From Flavisolibacter sp. (lineage in GTDB: Bacteria; Bacteroidota; Bacteroidia; Chitinophagales; Chitinophagaceae), in the NCBI GenBank assembly GCA_035645595.1, contig DASQMG010000322.1, positions 2,041 through 66,040 on the forward strand: a stretch of DNA of 64,000 nt, read 5' to 3'. Position 1 is the first letter of the stretch. Every line of letters begins with the position of its first letter. The position numbers and the translations under genes were made by a program. Shown piece after piece: positions 28,131 to 38,388 of the stretch. The notes beneath the pieces are model-generated. The model was not told where the DNA came from, made no database searches, and saw only the letters and a program-made list of their open reading frames with translations.

Positions 28131-30274
28131 GATACGGTCTCCCTTCTTCTGAAATTTTGAATGCTTCGGTCCCATAGTTCGTCGCGGATTAAAATTCCTG
28201 TCCGCTGCGAATCGGGCTGTGCCGGCGGGGGTTTTGGTTCCCGGGGGGTTTTTACAATAGCGATTTTAGGTTTTACCGTATCGGGCTTCTTCTCCGGTAC
28301 ATCGCCGTGTAAATATTTTTTTATGTAGCCGCTGTCTTTTGTAAGGTTAAAATAAAAGTACGCTCTTGTAGAATCGGCAATGAACTGCTCTACTTTTAAA
28401 ATGCTCGGCATTAAATCTTTCTTGGAAAAGTCATCTGCTTTTTTAGCACTGGCGGTGCTTAGCGTATCGTTTAAATATTTTTCTATCATTAACGAGGCAA
28501 TAGGCCCGGCTGCGGTAGAGCCATAACCAGCATTTTCAACTACCACACAAATAGCAATCGTCGGGTTCTTTCTTGGTGCAAAAGCAACAAACATAGAATT
28601 CTCGTTCAGCTCAATTTTTTTGCCGCGTATAAACCTGAAGTTTTGCGCCGTACCGGTTTTAGCGCAAACGGCAATGCCGGGAATACGGGCTCCGGTGGCG
28701 GTGCCCCTTTCTACTACATCCTGCATACCGGCACTTACTGCTTCAAAAGCCGTATCCGGAATAGAAGTAAGCACATTATGCCGTACCCTGTACCGCTTCA
28801 GGATTGTATCGTTTGTTGATTCATTGTCTATTGATTTTACAAAATGCGGCGTGTAGTAATAACCTTTATTGGCGATGATGCACATGGCATTGGCTAACTG
28901 TAAAGGTGTTGTTGTCATTTTATCCTGGCCAATGCCAAGTGTGAGATTGGTGCAGGAGTTCCAACTGCCCCGGTATTCTTTGTTGTAATCAACCGTATCA
29001 GGAATATTGGCAGCATCCTCACTTGGCAGATCAATACCTAACCGAATGCCTAAGCCAAAGGAATTCATGTACTGCCTCCATCGCTCGAACCCTTTTTTTA
29101 CGCCGCCGTATTTAGGATTATCGGCGGCTATACGGTACATATGTGTAAAATAAGAGTTGCACGAGTTGGCGATAGCGAGCCGCAGGTTAGCCGCATGGCC
29201 ACCACCAGCGTGGGTACACGCAGGCTTGCCATGACCACAGGTATAATAACGTCCGCCGCAGGGGTAACCAAAAGAAGGAGTGATTAACCCTTCGTCCAAA
29301 GCGACTAAGGCTCCTAAAGGTTTAAATGTAGAACCGGGTGGATACTGACCTTTAATAGCACGGTTCAGCAAAGGTCTTGCTACATCTAATACAAACTTGC
29401 CATAGGTTTTCCTGAAGTTGGGACCCGTCAAGGCTTCAGGACTAAAGTTGGGGCCTGATACCAAACTTAAAATACCACCGGTTTTGGGTTCAATAGCTAC
29501 TACAGCACCTACCTTATTCTGCATTAGCTTTTCGGCCAGTTGTTGCAATTCTGCATCTACATAGGTATGAAGTCCACGGCCAGCTTCGGGTTTCTCATTC
29601 AACTCGCCGTTTTCAAACTGCCCCACTAATTTGTTGCGGTTGTCCTTGATCCAGTACTGAACACCGCGCTGGCCCATCAGCACTTTTTCATACGTAGCTT
29701 CCAAACCACTTCGGCCTACATAGTCGCCCGATTGATAAAACCCTTCCGATCGGGCAATTATAGCAGAATCTACCTCACCGGTGTAGCCGATAAAATGACC
29801 TCCTACCCCAAAGGGGAAAGTGCGTATGGGGCGGTCCTGCAAATAAAAACCTTTACCCAGGCGCCAGCTATTCTCTTCCAGCCTTGCATGTTTTTCGGGC
29901 GATAACAAGCTTTCAAATGCCGATGCTCTTGAACGCCCGTTTTTTATGATAGCGGTAAGCATTCGGGATTTGAATTCGGCAGTATCAATTTCAAGCAGCT
30001 GGCAGATGTAGGCTGTATCAACACCTTTTGCTTCAGATGGCACCACCATCAGGTCGTACATCAACGTATTGTTGATAATGGCCTTGCCTTTACGATCGTA
30101 CACAATGCCGCGGGCGGGGTAAACAATTTTTTTAAAGATGGCATTTTCCTGCGCCAGGCGCTGGTATTTGCTGCTTATTACCTGCAGGGCAAATAACCGT
30201 ATAAGTATGATAAGAAAAGCGAGGATAAAAATTATCCGCACGATGTAACTTCTTGATTGCGTGAAAACAGACAT
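28127..30274 (-). CDS. mrdA: Penicillin-binding protein 2
   Basis: PARG..YDRKG, YPPGSTFK, SCN, KTGTAQ. Confidence 0.93.
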   Translation of the reverse strand: MSVFTQSRSYIVRIIFILAFLIILIRLFALQVISSKYQRLAQENAIFKKIVYPARGIVYDRKGKAIINNTLMYDLMVVPSEAKGVDTAYICQLLEIDTAEFKSRMLTAIIKNGRSRASAFESLLSPEKHARLEENSWRLGKGFYLQDRPIRTFPFGVGGHFIGYTGEVDSAIIARSEGFYQSGDYVGRSGLEATYEKVLMGQRGVQYWIKDNRNKLVGQFENGELNEKPEAGRGLHTYVDAELQQLAEKLMQNKVGAVVAIEPKTGGILSLVSGPNFSPEALTGPNFRKTYGKFVLDVARPLLNRAIKGQYPPGSTFKPLGALVALDEGLITPSFGYPCGGRYYTCGHGKPACTHAGGGHAANLRLAIANSCNSYFTHMYRIAADNPKYGGVKKGFERWRQYMNSFGLGIRLGIDLPSEDAANIPDTVDYNKEYRGSWNSCTNLTLGIGQDKMTTTPLQLANAMCIIANKGYYYTPHFVKSIDNESTNDTILKRYRVRHNVLTSIPDTAFEAVSAGMQDVVERGTATGARIPGIAVCAKTGTAQNFRFIRGKKIELNENSMFVAFAPRKNPTIAICVVVENAGYGSTAAGPIASLMIEKYLNDTLSTASAKKADDFSKKDLMPSILKVEQFIADSTRAYFYFNLTKDSGYIKKYLHGDVPEKKPDTVKPKIAIVKTPREPKPPPAQPDSQRTGILIRDELWDRSIQNFRRRETVS

Positions 30275-30540
30275 AGTAAGTGAAAGTGAAAATGGTTTTT
30301 CCTGGAGACAGTCAGGTTATTTCGGTACAAAAATGATAAAGCTTTGCGGATATGCAATGAAAGGGCTGGAAAGAAGTAATAATTTTTTTGTAAAAGCGGA
30401 AATGGGTTTGAGGTTGGGGGTTTGGTGTTTGGCGTTAGGGTTTTTTTAGGCAACCAGCTTTTGTACTGCTATGAAGCAATAGTGGCGACGCTCCATTGCC
30501 GCTACACTACTGGAGGATCGCTATCGCGCATGATGGTAGT

Positions 30541-30663
30541 TTGTCATCCCGACGGAGGAGGGATCTTTGAACTGCATTGTAAACGACTAATGATAAGAGC
30601 TTGGGTGATTGCGGTTGTCGCTTGGAAGGTTTAGCACAGATCCCTCGTTCCTCGGGATGACAA
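30541..30663. repeat. Palindromic MITE/REP-like element with 26-bp terminal inverted repeats
   Basis: TTGTCATCCCGAcggaggAGGGATCT ... AGATCCCTcgttccTCGGGATGACAA. Confidence 0.75.
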
Positions 30664-30742
30664 GGCAAGAGGGTTTATGATAGCAGTACACTTGGCTAAG
30701 TGAAGATTGGTTGCACAATGCCCAATAGAATTACAGAACTTT

Positions 30743-30765
30743 GAAGAGTGCGACGCAACGGAAGC
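30743..30765 (-). repeat. Dispersed GTTGCGTCGCAC repeat, copy 2
   Basis: Reverse complement reads GCTTCCGTTGCGTCGCACTCTTC. Confidence 0.8.
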
Positions 30766-30798
30766 TTTATAAGAGATACTAAAGCCCGGTACAAAAGC

Positions 30799-31881
30799 TT
30801 ACGCTTCCGTATCAAACCCCAATTTCTTTTCTATCTCCCCTGGCAATTGCGGCAACCGTCGCCGTTCAATTAAAAACGAAGTCAGTTGTGCAATTTCTTT
30901 GAAGATGTAGTGCTTATCGGCAGCGGCTTTTAAATAATCCTTACCACTGCTGCCGCCGGTACCAATGCGGGTACCGATCATGCGATGCACCATATTCATG
31001 TGGCGGTGGCGCCAGGTGCTGAGTTGTTCGTCAATATCTAACAATTGATTAAGCAATTGAAAAGGCATTTGCAACAAAGGATAACCACGGTACAGCATAA
31101 TAAATAAAGCGGCCCGGTTGGCTTTAGCTGAAAACGTATAGTGCGACTCCCGCTGGCCAAAGAAAACTTCATCAAAGTATTTAATATTGTCCTTTTCGGC
31201 TTCAGCTAAACTGTGACTATAAGCCTCCTGGTATGCTGTCCAAAAAGGATGTATGTCTTTTGCGCCTTTGCCAACTCCTTTCCACAATTCATGGTCATCG
31301 AAGAAAGGTATACGTTCCAGCCAGTCGCTTACCAGTTGCAAAAACGATTGCTCTACTTCCGCATTTTTTATCAGGTCTACATGCTCCTGCCGCAATTGTT
31401 TGGTATAATATTCCTGCCCGTGACGATAGTCGAATTTCAGCCCCAGTTTGGCTTCCAGCAATTTAAACTGCCAGCTTTGAAAACCCGAGGCGGGGCGAAG
31501 CATATCCCGAAAGTCAAGAAAGTCCATTGGCGTCATGGTTTCTAAAATATCAATCTGGTGCACCAGCACACGAAGGATAACACCCATGCGGTTGAGACGG
31601 TGAACAACGGTTTGTAATTCCGGGGAGTTATCGTTAACCGCCGGCTTGCGCATAATGGCTATCACCGAATCGGCTTCATGGTGGAGTTGCTTAAACCATA
31701 ACTCATAGGTTTGGTGAATGATGATAAAAAGCATTTCATCATGGGCCGAAACATTTAGCCTGTTGCTTTCGGGATGCTGGGCGCCTAATATTTTATCAAG
31801 CTGGAGGTAGTCGTGATAATGGATCCCGCTGTCCTCCTGAAGGGGAGACTTAGATTCATCAGACTTATTTTGATCGCCCAT
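30799..31881 (-). CDS. kynA: Tryptophan 2,3-dioxygenase
   Basis: YLQLDKIL, HDEMLFIIIHQTYELWFK, PASGFQS, WRHRH, GTGGSSG. Confidence 0.95.
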   Translation of the reverse strand: MGDQNKSDESKSPLQEDSGIHYHDYLQLDKILGAQHPESNRLNVSAHDEMLFIIIHQTYELWFKQLHHEADSVIAIMRKPAVNDNSPELQTVVHRLNRMGVILRVLVHQIDILETMTPMDFLDFRDMLRPASGFQSWQFKLLEAKLGLKFDYRHGQEYYTKQLRQEHVDLIKNAEVEQSFLQLVSDWLERIPFFDDHELWKGVGKGAKDIHPFWTAYQEAYSHSLAEAEKDNIKYFDEVFFGQRESHYTFSAKANRAALFIMLYRGYPLLQMPFQLLNQLLDIDEQLSTWRHRHMNMVHRMIGTRIGTGGSSGKDYLKAAADKHYIFKEIAQLTSFLIERRRLPQLPGEIEKKLGFDTEA

Positions 31882-31948
31882 ATTTTATAATTTAAAATTT
31901 CCCTGCGCTCCACTTTAAAAGCAGTGATGTTGAAGTAAGGCTCACAAT

Positions 31949-33259
31949 TCAAGGCTGTTCTTCAGCCTCTCCTTCAGGTAACGGGGGTAAAAACTCAAAA
32001 CCAATATCCCGTCTGAAATATTTTTCCTCAAACTCAATTGCTTCAATTAAGTCCCTGCTTTTATTAATGGCTTCATCTAAGTCCGCAGCCAATGCTGTTG
32101 CACAAAGTACACGGCCGCCGGCCGTTACCGTTTTACCATCCACCTCTTTGGTACCCATGTGAAAAATATATTCATCGTCACCCATATTATTTATGCCTTT
32201 AATCTCAAAACCTTTTTGATAATCATTCGGGTAACCACCACTCACAGCTACTATAGTTGTGGCACAACGGTCGTCAACTTCTAAAGAAATGGAATCAAGC
32301 CCTCCATTAGCAGTTGCCGTTAGCAGTTCAACCAAATCGTTTTTAATTCTTGGAACCACCACTTCTGTTTCAGGGTCGCCCATACGGCAGTTGTATTCAA
32401 TAACAAAAGGCTTATCACCAACCTTCATGATACCGATAAAAACAAAGCCTTTGTAGTCAAGCCCATCTTTTTGTAAGCCTTTTACAGTTGGTTCAACAAT
32501 GCTTGTAATTATTTTTTTCATAAAAGCATCATCGGCAAATGGCACCGGACTTATGGCGCCCATGCCACCGGTGTTTAAGCCTTTATCTCCCTCACCAACC
32601 CGTTTGTAATCTTTTGCTTCGGGCAGCAATAAATAATTTTTACCATCGGTAATAACAAAAACAGATAGTTCAATACCTGATAAAAAATCTTCTACTATCA
32701 CTCTTTTGCCGGCTTCACCAAATTTGCAACGCTGTATCATCAACTCAAGTTCAGAAATCGCCTCAATATGGTTTTGGCAAATGATAACTCCTTTACCTGC
32801 TGCCAATCCATCGGCCTTCAATACAATGGGCAAAGAGCGGCCTCTTAAGTACGAAATACCTTCGTCGAAGTTTGCTGAAGTGAATTCCTTATAAGCGGCA
32901 GTAGGAATGTGATGGCGCTGCATGAACGATTTTGCAAACGCTTTGCTTCCCTCTAATTGCGCGGCTTCTTTTGACGGGCCGATGATAAGTAGTGACTCAC
33001 CGAATTCCTGTTTTAAGTAATCTACAATGCCTTTTACCAATGGTTCTTCCGGGCCTACAATCACCATATCAATGGCTTCATTCCTGCAACATTCTTTAAC
33101 AGCTTCAAAGTCGGTTGTAACAAAAGGCTTATTGATTCCGCATTGTGCTGTGCCTGCATTGCCAGGTGCAATCAATAATTTTTTGCATAAAGGGCTTTGG
33201 GAGAGTTTGAGTGCCAAAGCATGTTCCCGACCGCCGGAGCCAAGTAAAAGTATATTCAT
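31949..33259 (-). CDS. purD: Phosphoribosylamine-glycine ligase
   Basis: GSGGREHA, VGPEEPL, LEGSK, KADGLAAGKGV, NTGGMG, RMGDPE. Confidence 0.97.
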   Translation of the reverse strand: MNILLLGSGGREHALALKLSQSPLCKKLLIAPGNAGTAQCGINKPFVTTDFEAVKECCRNEAIDMVIVGPEEPLVKGIVDYLKQEFGESLLIIGPSKEAAQLEGSKAFAKSFMQRHHIPTAAYKEFTSANFDEGISYLRGRSLPIVLKADGLAAGKGVIICQNHIEAISELELMIQRCKFGEAGKRVIVEDFLSGIELSVFVITDGKNYLLLPEAKDYKRVGEGDKGLNTGGMGAISPVPFADDAFMKKIITSIVEPTVKGLQKDGLDYKGFVFIGIMKVGDKPFVIEYNCRMGDPETEVVVPRIKNDLVELLTATANGGLDSISLEVDDRCATTIVAVSGGYPNDYQKGFEIKGINNMGDDEYIFHMGTKEVDGKTVTAGGRVLCATALAADLDEAINKSRDLIEAIEFEEKYFRRDIGFEFLPPLPEGEAEEQP

Positions 33260-33380
33260 AAGAAATTGAAAAAGTATGCTGCGAATATCGGCACAAAACT
33301 TAACGGCAAGGTTAATTGTAAGCCGTGAAACAGAATTTGTTTATTTTGGGCGCAACTAATTTTAAAAACAAAATAGCTAT

Positions 33381-34934
33381 ATGAACATTCTTCCTGAAGA
33401 CCAGGCTATCATGGCCCAAAAAGGACACCCCAAAGGATTGTATGTATTGTTTGCCACTGAGTTCTGGGAACGTTTTAGTTACTATGGCATGCGAGCCATT
33501 TTTGTTTTGTTTATGACAGATAAGTTATTATTCGATAAAGCTTACGCTTCAAACATCTACGGAAGTTATACCGGGCTTGTATACTTAACCCCATTGATTG
33601 GCGGTTACGTGGCCGACCGTTATTGGGGTAACCGCCGTTCAATTTTTGTGGGAGGGTTACTGATGGCCATCGGGCAATTTATACTTTTCTTTTGCGCCTC
33701 CGGGGAGCAAGGCTCAGGCGGACTAACCACCACTTTTTTATGGGCAGGTCTTGCGTTCCTCATTTTTGGTAATGGTTTTTTCAAACCTAACATATCAACT
33801 ATGGTAGGTCAGTTATATCCTGAAACCCAAAACACGAAGAAAGATTCTGCTTATACTATTTTTTACATGGGCATTAATGCAGGTGCTTTTGTGGCGCCGC
33901 TGGTGTGCGGGTATTTAGGCGAGAATGTAGATTTTAAATGGGGCTTTTTTGCGGCTGGTGTAGGTATGCTGATCAGTCTTGTAGTTTTTTATTTTACAAA
34001 AGATAGATATGTGGTATCGCATAACGGTGAACCCCTGGGTGTTGGCCCCAATAAATTAAGAGATACGTCCGTGTCGGAAAGCGGTAAGATAGGTTTCAGC
34101 TCAGCACAAATTGCTGTTTTACTTGCCACCATTGTAGGTGCGTTCTGTCTTATATTTTTTGTATTTAAGGTAGATGTATGGGGTTCTTTAATATACAGCA
34201 TGACACTGGTAGGCCCCTTTGCCATTATCACCGACAGGTCGCTTACCAAAGTAGAAAAATCAAGATTGACGGTTATCATTATTATCATGCTGTTCGTTAT
34301 TTTCTTTTGGATGTGTTTTGAGCAGGCAGGTGCTTCACTTACTTTTTTTGCTGATGAACAAACCAATCGCCGTGTATTTGGCTGGGAGATGCCGGCCTCT
34401 TATTTCCAAAGTTTCAACCCAATTTTTATTGTGATCCTGGCACCGATATTCGCAAGCCTTTGGGGTGTGTTAGGCCGTAAAGGCATAGAGCCTCCCGCAC
34501 CAATGAAGCAGGCAATGGGCCTCGGCTTTCTGGCGCTTGGCTTTTTATTTATTTCATTTGGCGTTACCGATAACCCATCTGTTAAAGTGAGTATTCTGTG
34601 GTTAAGCGGACTGTATTTTTTACATACGGTGGGAGAGTTATTTTTAAGCCCTATTGGCTTATCAATGGTAAATAAATTAACACCCGGACGTTTCACTTCG
34701 CTGATGATGGGAATTTGGTTTCTGGCAATTGCTACCGGTAATAAACTGGCAGGTACCATGAGTTCGTTGTATCCGGATCCAAAAGCAACGGGGCCTAAAC
34801 CTGTGTTTCTTGGAATTACAATTGATAATCTACATACGTACTTTATGATCTTTGTTGGCTTTGCCGGCGTGGCTGCCATTATCCTATTTCTGCTGTCATT
34901 TAAGCTTCGTAAAATGATGCATGGTGTCAAGTAA
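33381..34934 (+). CDS. POT/PTR peptide MFS transporter 1
   Basis: EFWERFSYYG (ExxERFxYY), GNGFFKPN, FYMGINAG. Confidence 0.93.
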   Translation: MNILPEDQAIMAQKGHPKGLYVLFATEFWERFSYYGMRAIFVLFMTDKLLFDKAYASNIYGSYTGLVYLTPLIGGYVADRYWGNRRSIFVGGLLMAIGQFILFFCASGEQGSGGLTTTFLWAGLAFLIFGNGFFKPNISTMVGQLYPETQNTKKDSAYTIFYMGINAGAFVAPLVCGYLGENVDFKWGFFAAGVGMLISLVVFYFTKDRYVVSHNGEPLGVGPNKLRDTSVSESGKIGFSSAQIAVLLATIVGAFCLIFFVFKVDVWGSLIYSMTLVGPFAIITDRSLTKVEKSRLTVIIIIMLFVIFFWMCFEQAGASLTFFADEQTNRRVFGWEMPASYFQSFNPIFIVILAPIFASLWGVLGRKGIEPPAPMKQAMGLGFLALGFLFISFGVTDNPSVKVSILWLSGLYFLHTVGELFLSPIGLSMVNKLTPGRFTSLMMGIWFLAIATGNKLAGTMSSLYPDPKATGPKPVFLGITIDNLHTYFMIFVGFAGVAAIILFLLSFKLRKMMHGVK

Positions 34935-34952
34935 CATCCTTCAAACTTCGGG

Positions 34953-34987
34953 AAAGGGTAGCTATATTTAGCTACCCTTTATTTTTA
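34953..34987 (+). terminator. Hairpin between POT genes 1 and 2
   Basis: AAAGGGTAGCTA-tatt-TAGCTACCCTTTATTTTTT. Confidence 0.7.
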
Positions 34988-34999
34988 AAACGATTGCGC

Positions 35000-36631
35000 A
35001 TGTTTAAACAACATCCAAAGGCCCTGCCTTTTCTTTTCTTTTCCGAAATGTGGGAACGCTTCGGTTACTACTTAATGATTGGCATTTTTACATTGTATTT
35101 AAAAGATGTAAAAGAAGGCTTTGCCATGACCGAAGCCGAATCGGCGGATCTGTACGGGACGTTTATCGCATTGGTTTTTCTAACGCCTTTCCTTGGCGGG
35201 TTGTTAGCTGATCGTTATTTAGGTTATCGAAGATCTATCATCGCCGGCGGTATAATGATGGGTTTTGGTTATTGTTTGATGTACGTTCATAACCTCACGG
35301 CTTTATATATTGCCATGTTTATGGTAATCATTGGTAACGGCTTTTTCAAGCCAAATATTTCTACGCTTTTAGGCAATGTTTACTCTACGCCGCAATACGA
35401 AAAACAAAAAGATGATGGCTATAATATCTTTTATATGGGCATCAACATCGGTGCCTTTATCTGCAATTTTATCAGTGCTGCCTTGTATGTAACGTATGGC
35501 TGGGGAGCTGCTTTTTTTTCAGCTGGTATCGGTATGTTCATCGGGGTACTGATATTTATCATCGGAACCAAGCATTATAAAGCTTATGATATAAAAAAAG
35601 GAGTGACTGAAAATGATATGCCCATGTCAAGAATCGTATTATTGATATTGGTACCATCTGTTATAGCCGGTATCATTGGGTGGATGATCCCCGGCACCTT
35701 GGTAGGTTCCGACTCTACGGATGCTTTCATCTTTGCCTGCATCCCTGTTATTTATTTTTATTCTTCCCTTTACTTCAAAGCAAAGACGGACGAGAAACGG
35801 CCCATTGCTGCCTTGCTGGCCATTTTTGCTGTGGTCATTTTGTTCTGGGCTGTATTTAAACAAAATGGTTCAGCATTAAATACCTGGGCAGACCGTTACA
35901 CTGACAGGTCTGTATCCGGCACAACAGGTAATGTGTTTACAAGTCTGCGACAGGCGCAACCACTGGCTTATAAAAAAGATTCTATCGCTGTTTATGATGA
36001 ACAGTTTCGTTTACAGAAAGCAGGTGGTAAAGTAGTAAAGGAGTATAACTACCCTACCTATTTTAGAAATATTCCTGAAACTGACAGGCCTGCCGATGGT
36101 AACGAAGTAAGCCTGTGGGCTACTAATCTTAGCCAGTCCATCAACCCCGGCTGGGTTATTATTCTCACACCACTTGTTGTTGCTTTCTTTTCCTGGCGGC
36201 GCAGGAGAAACAAAGAACCATCAACTGCCACTAAAATTGCATTTGGGCTCTTCATTTCTGCATTGTCGGCATTGGTGATGGTAGGCGCTGTATATGCCAG
36301 TAATAATGGCGGCGAAAAAGCCAGTGTGCTTTGGTTGATTTGCAGCTATGGTGTTATTACCATTGGCGAATTACTATTAAGCCCGATGGGCCTTTCGCTT
36401 GTTTCAAAACTGAGTCCTGTACGCATTACTTCGCTTATGATGGGCGGATGGTTTTTATCTACGTCAATCGGCAATAAATTATCCGGTGTATTAGCCACTA
36501 TGTGGGATACGTATGATAATAAAACAAATTACTTCTGGTTGAACTTTTCACTACTGATGGCCGCTGCCATTATGTGTTTTGCTATGCTGCGCTGGCTGAA
36601 TAGAATTATGAAAGAGAAAGGCGTGAAGTAA
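35000..36631 (+). CDS. POT/PTR peptide MFS transporter 2
   Basis: EMWERFGYY, GNGFFKPN, FYMGINIG. Confidence 0.93.
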   Translation: MFKQHPKALPFLFFSEMWERFGYYLMIGIFTLYLKDVKEGFAMTEAESADLYGTFIALVFLTPFLGGLLADRYLGYRRSIIAGGIMMGFGYCLMYVHNLTALYIAMFMVIIGNGFFKPNISTLLGNVYSTPQYEKQKDDGYNIFYMGINIGAFICNFISAALYVTYGWGAAFFSAGIGMFIGVLIFIIGTKHYKAYDIKKGVTENDMPMSRIVLLILVPSVIAGIIGWMIPGTLVGSDSTDAFIFACIPVIYFYSSLYFKAKTDEKRPIAALLAIFAVVILFWAVFKQNGSALNTWADRYTDRSVSGTTGNVFTSLRQAQPLAYKKDSIAVYDEQFRLQKAGGKVVKEYNYPTYFRNIPETDRPADGNEVSLWATNLSQSINPGWVIILTPLVVAFFSWRRRRNKEPSTATKIAFGLFISALSALVMVGAVYASNNGGEKASVLWLICSYGVITIGELLLSPMGLSLVSKLSPVRITSLMMGGWFLSTSIGNKLSGVLATMWDTYDNKTNYFWLNFSLLMAAAIMCFAMLRWLNRIMKEKGVK

Positions 36632-36658
36632 TTTAATGTGTAAATAGTCAAAACTGTT

Positions 36659-38164
36659 ATGAAAGAAATTGATGAGTCCACTGCACAACAGGTAGAAGTG
36701 CTAAGTACCCACCAGCCCAGGCAGTTATACCTGCTGTTTTTTACCGAGATGTGGGAGCGTTTTTCATTTTATGGAATGAAAGCTTTGTTGATAGCTTACA
36801 TGACCACGCAGTTGCATTATGATGATCCAAAAGCGTATGCTATTCTTGGTTCTTATGCGGCATTAGTTTACACCATGCCAATGTTTGGGGGCTTTATGGC
36901 CGACAGGTTTATTGGTTACCAGCGGGCTGTTTTATTTGGCGGAATTTTAATGACGATAGGGCATTTGGTGTTAGCCTTACCGCAAGACTGGAGCTTTTTT
37001 TACGGCATGGCATTTATCATTTGCGGCAATGGGTTTTTTAAGCCAAATATTTCCAGTTTGGTAGGCACGTTGTATAGCGAAAACGATCCTCGCAGGGATA
37101 GCGGCTTCTCTATTTTTTACATGGGTATAAATATCGGCGCGGCCATCGGTGGTTTTTTGTGTGCCTATGTCGGTACCGAAATTAACTGGCATTATGGGTT
37201 TGGATTGGCCGGTATTTTTATGGCCATCGGCCTTGTTGTTTTCGCCGTAGGTAAAAAATCATTAGGCAACAAAGGCCTGCCTCCAAACGAGGCTGCATTA
37301 CGTAAACCAGTATTTTCTTTTATAAAGCCGGAACTGCTTATTTACGGTGGAACTTTATTGGTGGTACCATTAGTCGTCACGCTATTTAACCAATACCACC
37401 TGATGGATTACATTATGTTTGGTCTTGGAATGATATCACTCATTTATGTACTTGTTATAGGGATGAAGCTGGAGCGGGAAGCAAAATATAAATTATTTGC
37501 AGCGCTTGTTATGATCATTTTCTCCATTGTATTCTGGGCTGTGTACGAACAAAATGCCGGATCTATGAACCTGCTGGCAGAACGTAATTCGCAGATGACC
37601 TTTTTAGGAATTGACCTGCCTGAATTATCAGTGAATAATTTCCTGCCACCGGGATGGGTCATCATTCTTACGTTAATTGTTGCACCCTTATGGCCCTGGC
37701 TTAACAGGCGGGGAAAGGAACCTAGTACACCGCTGAAATTCGCCCTTTCTTTTATGTTTTTAGGAATCGGCTTTTATGTTTTTTACTTAGGCTGCTATGC
37801 CAATGAGGATACGGGCATTGTGCCCCTTTGGCCGTTTGTTGGCGGCTACATGTTTATCATTCTCGGTGAGCTTTGCCTCTCGCCTATTGGCCTTTCCATG
37901 GTAACGAAATTGTCACCAAAAAATGTGGTCGCTATGATGATGGGCATCTGGTTTTTTGCCTCCGCTATCGGCGAGTTTTTAGCAGGGAAAATTGGTTCGC
38001 TAATGAGCGTACCAAAAGAAGTGCTGGATAAAAATGACCCGGTTCTTTCACTGCCTTATTATGCAGATATCATTCAAAAAATTGGCATTATTTCTCTTGC
38101 TATCGGCATCCTGCTTTTATTTACGGTTCCCTTTTTAAAGCGGTGGATGGGTAATGTAAAATAG
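36659..38164 (+). CDS. POT/PTR peptide MFS transporter 3
   Basis: EMWERFSFYG, GNGFFKPN, FYMGINIG. Confidence 0.93.
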   Translation: MKEIDESTAQQVEVLSTHQPRQLYLLFFTEMWERFSFYGMKALLIAYMTTQLHYDDPKAYAILGSYAALVYTMPMFGGFMADRFIGYQRAVLFGGILMTIGHLVLALPQDWSFFYGMAFIICGNGFFKPNISSLVGTLYSENDPRRDSGFSIFYMGINIGAAIGGFLCAYVGTEINWHYGFGLAGIFMAIGLVVFAVGKKSLGNKGLPPNEAALRKPVFSFIKPELLIYGGTLLVVPLVVTLFNQYHLMDYIMFGLGMISLIYVLVIGMKLEREAKYKLFAALVMIIFSIVFWAVYEQNAGSMNLLAERNSQMTFLGIDLPELSVNNFLPPGWVIILTLIVAPLWPWLNRRGKEPSTPLKFALSFMFLGIGFYVFYLGCYANEDTGIVPLWPFVGGYMFIILGELCLSPIGLSMVTKLSPKNVVAMMMGIWFFASAIGEFLAGKIGSLMSVPKEVLDKNDPVLSLPYYADIIQKIGIISLAIGILLLFTVPFLKRWMGNVK

Positions 38165-38388
38165 CATAATGTTAAGCCTACTTGTTAGATGTATCCCTCG
38201 CAAAGCCCCGGACCAGGCTATGCGATTCAATCATTTTGTACGATGCGGATACAAAAAGGATTTCCGCTTCTATCCCTCACGCAGGACAGGCCTCGCTCCG
38301 GGAGTGCAGTTGCCAGAAAAACATTGCCTTTTCTATTACTATCAATAAACTTAAACCACGCTTTTATTTTTTAGCTTTGAAGACTAAT

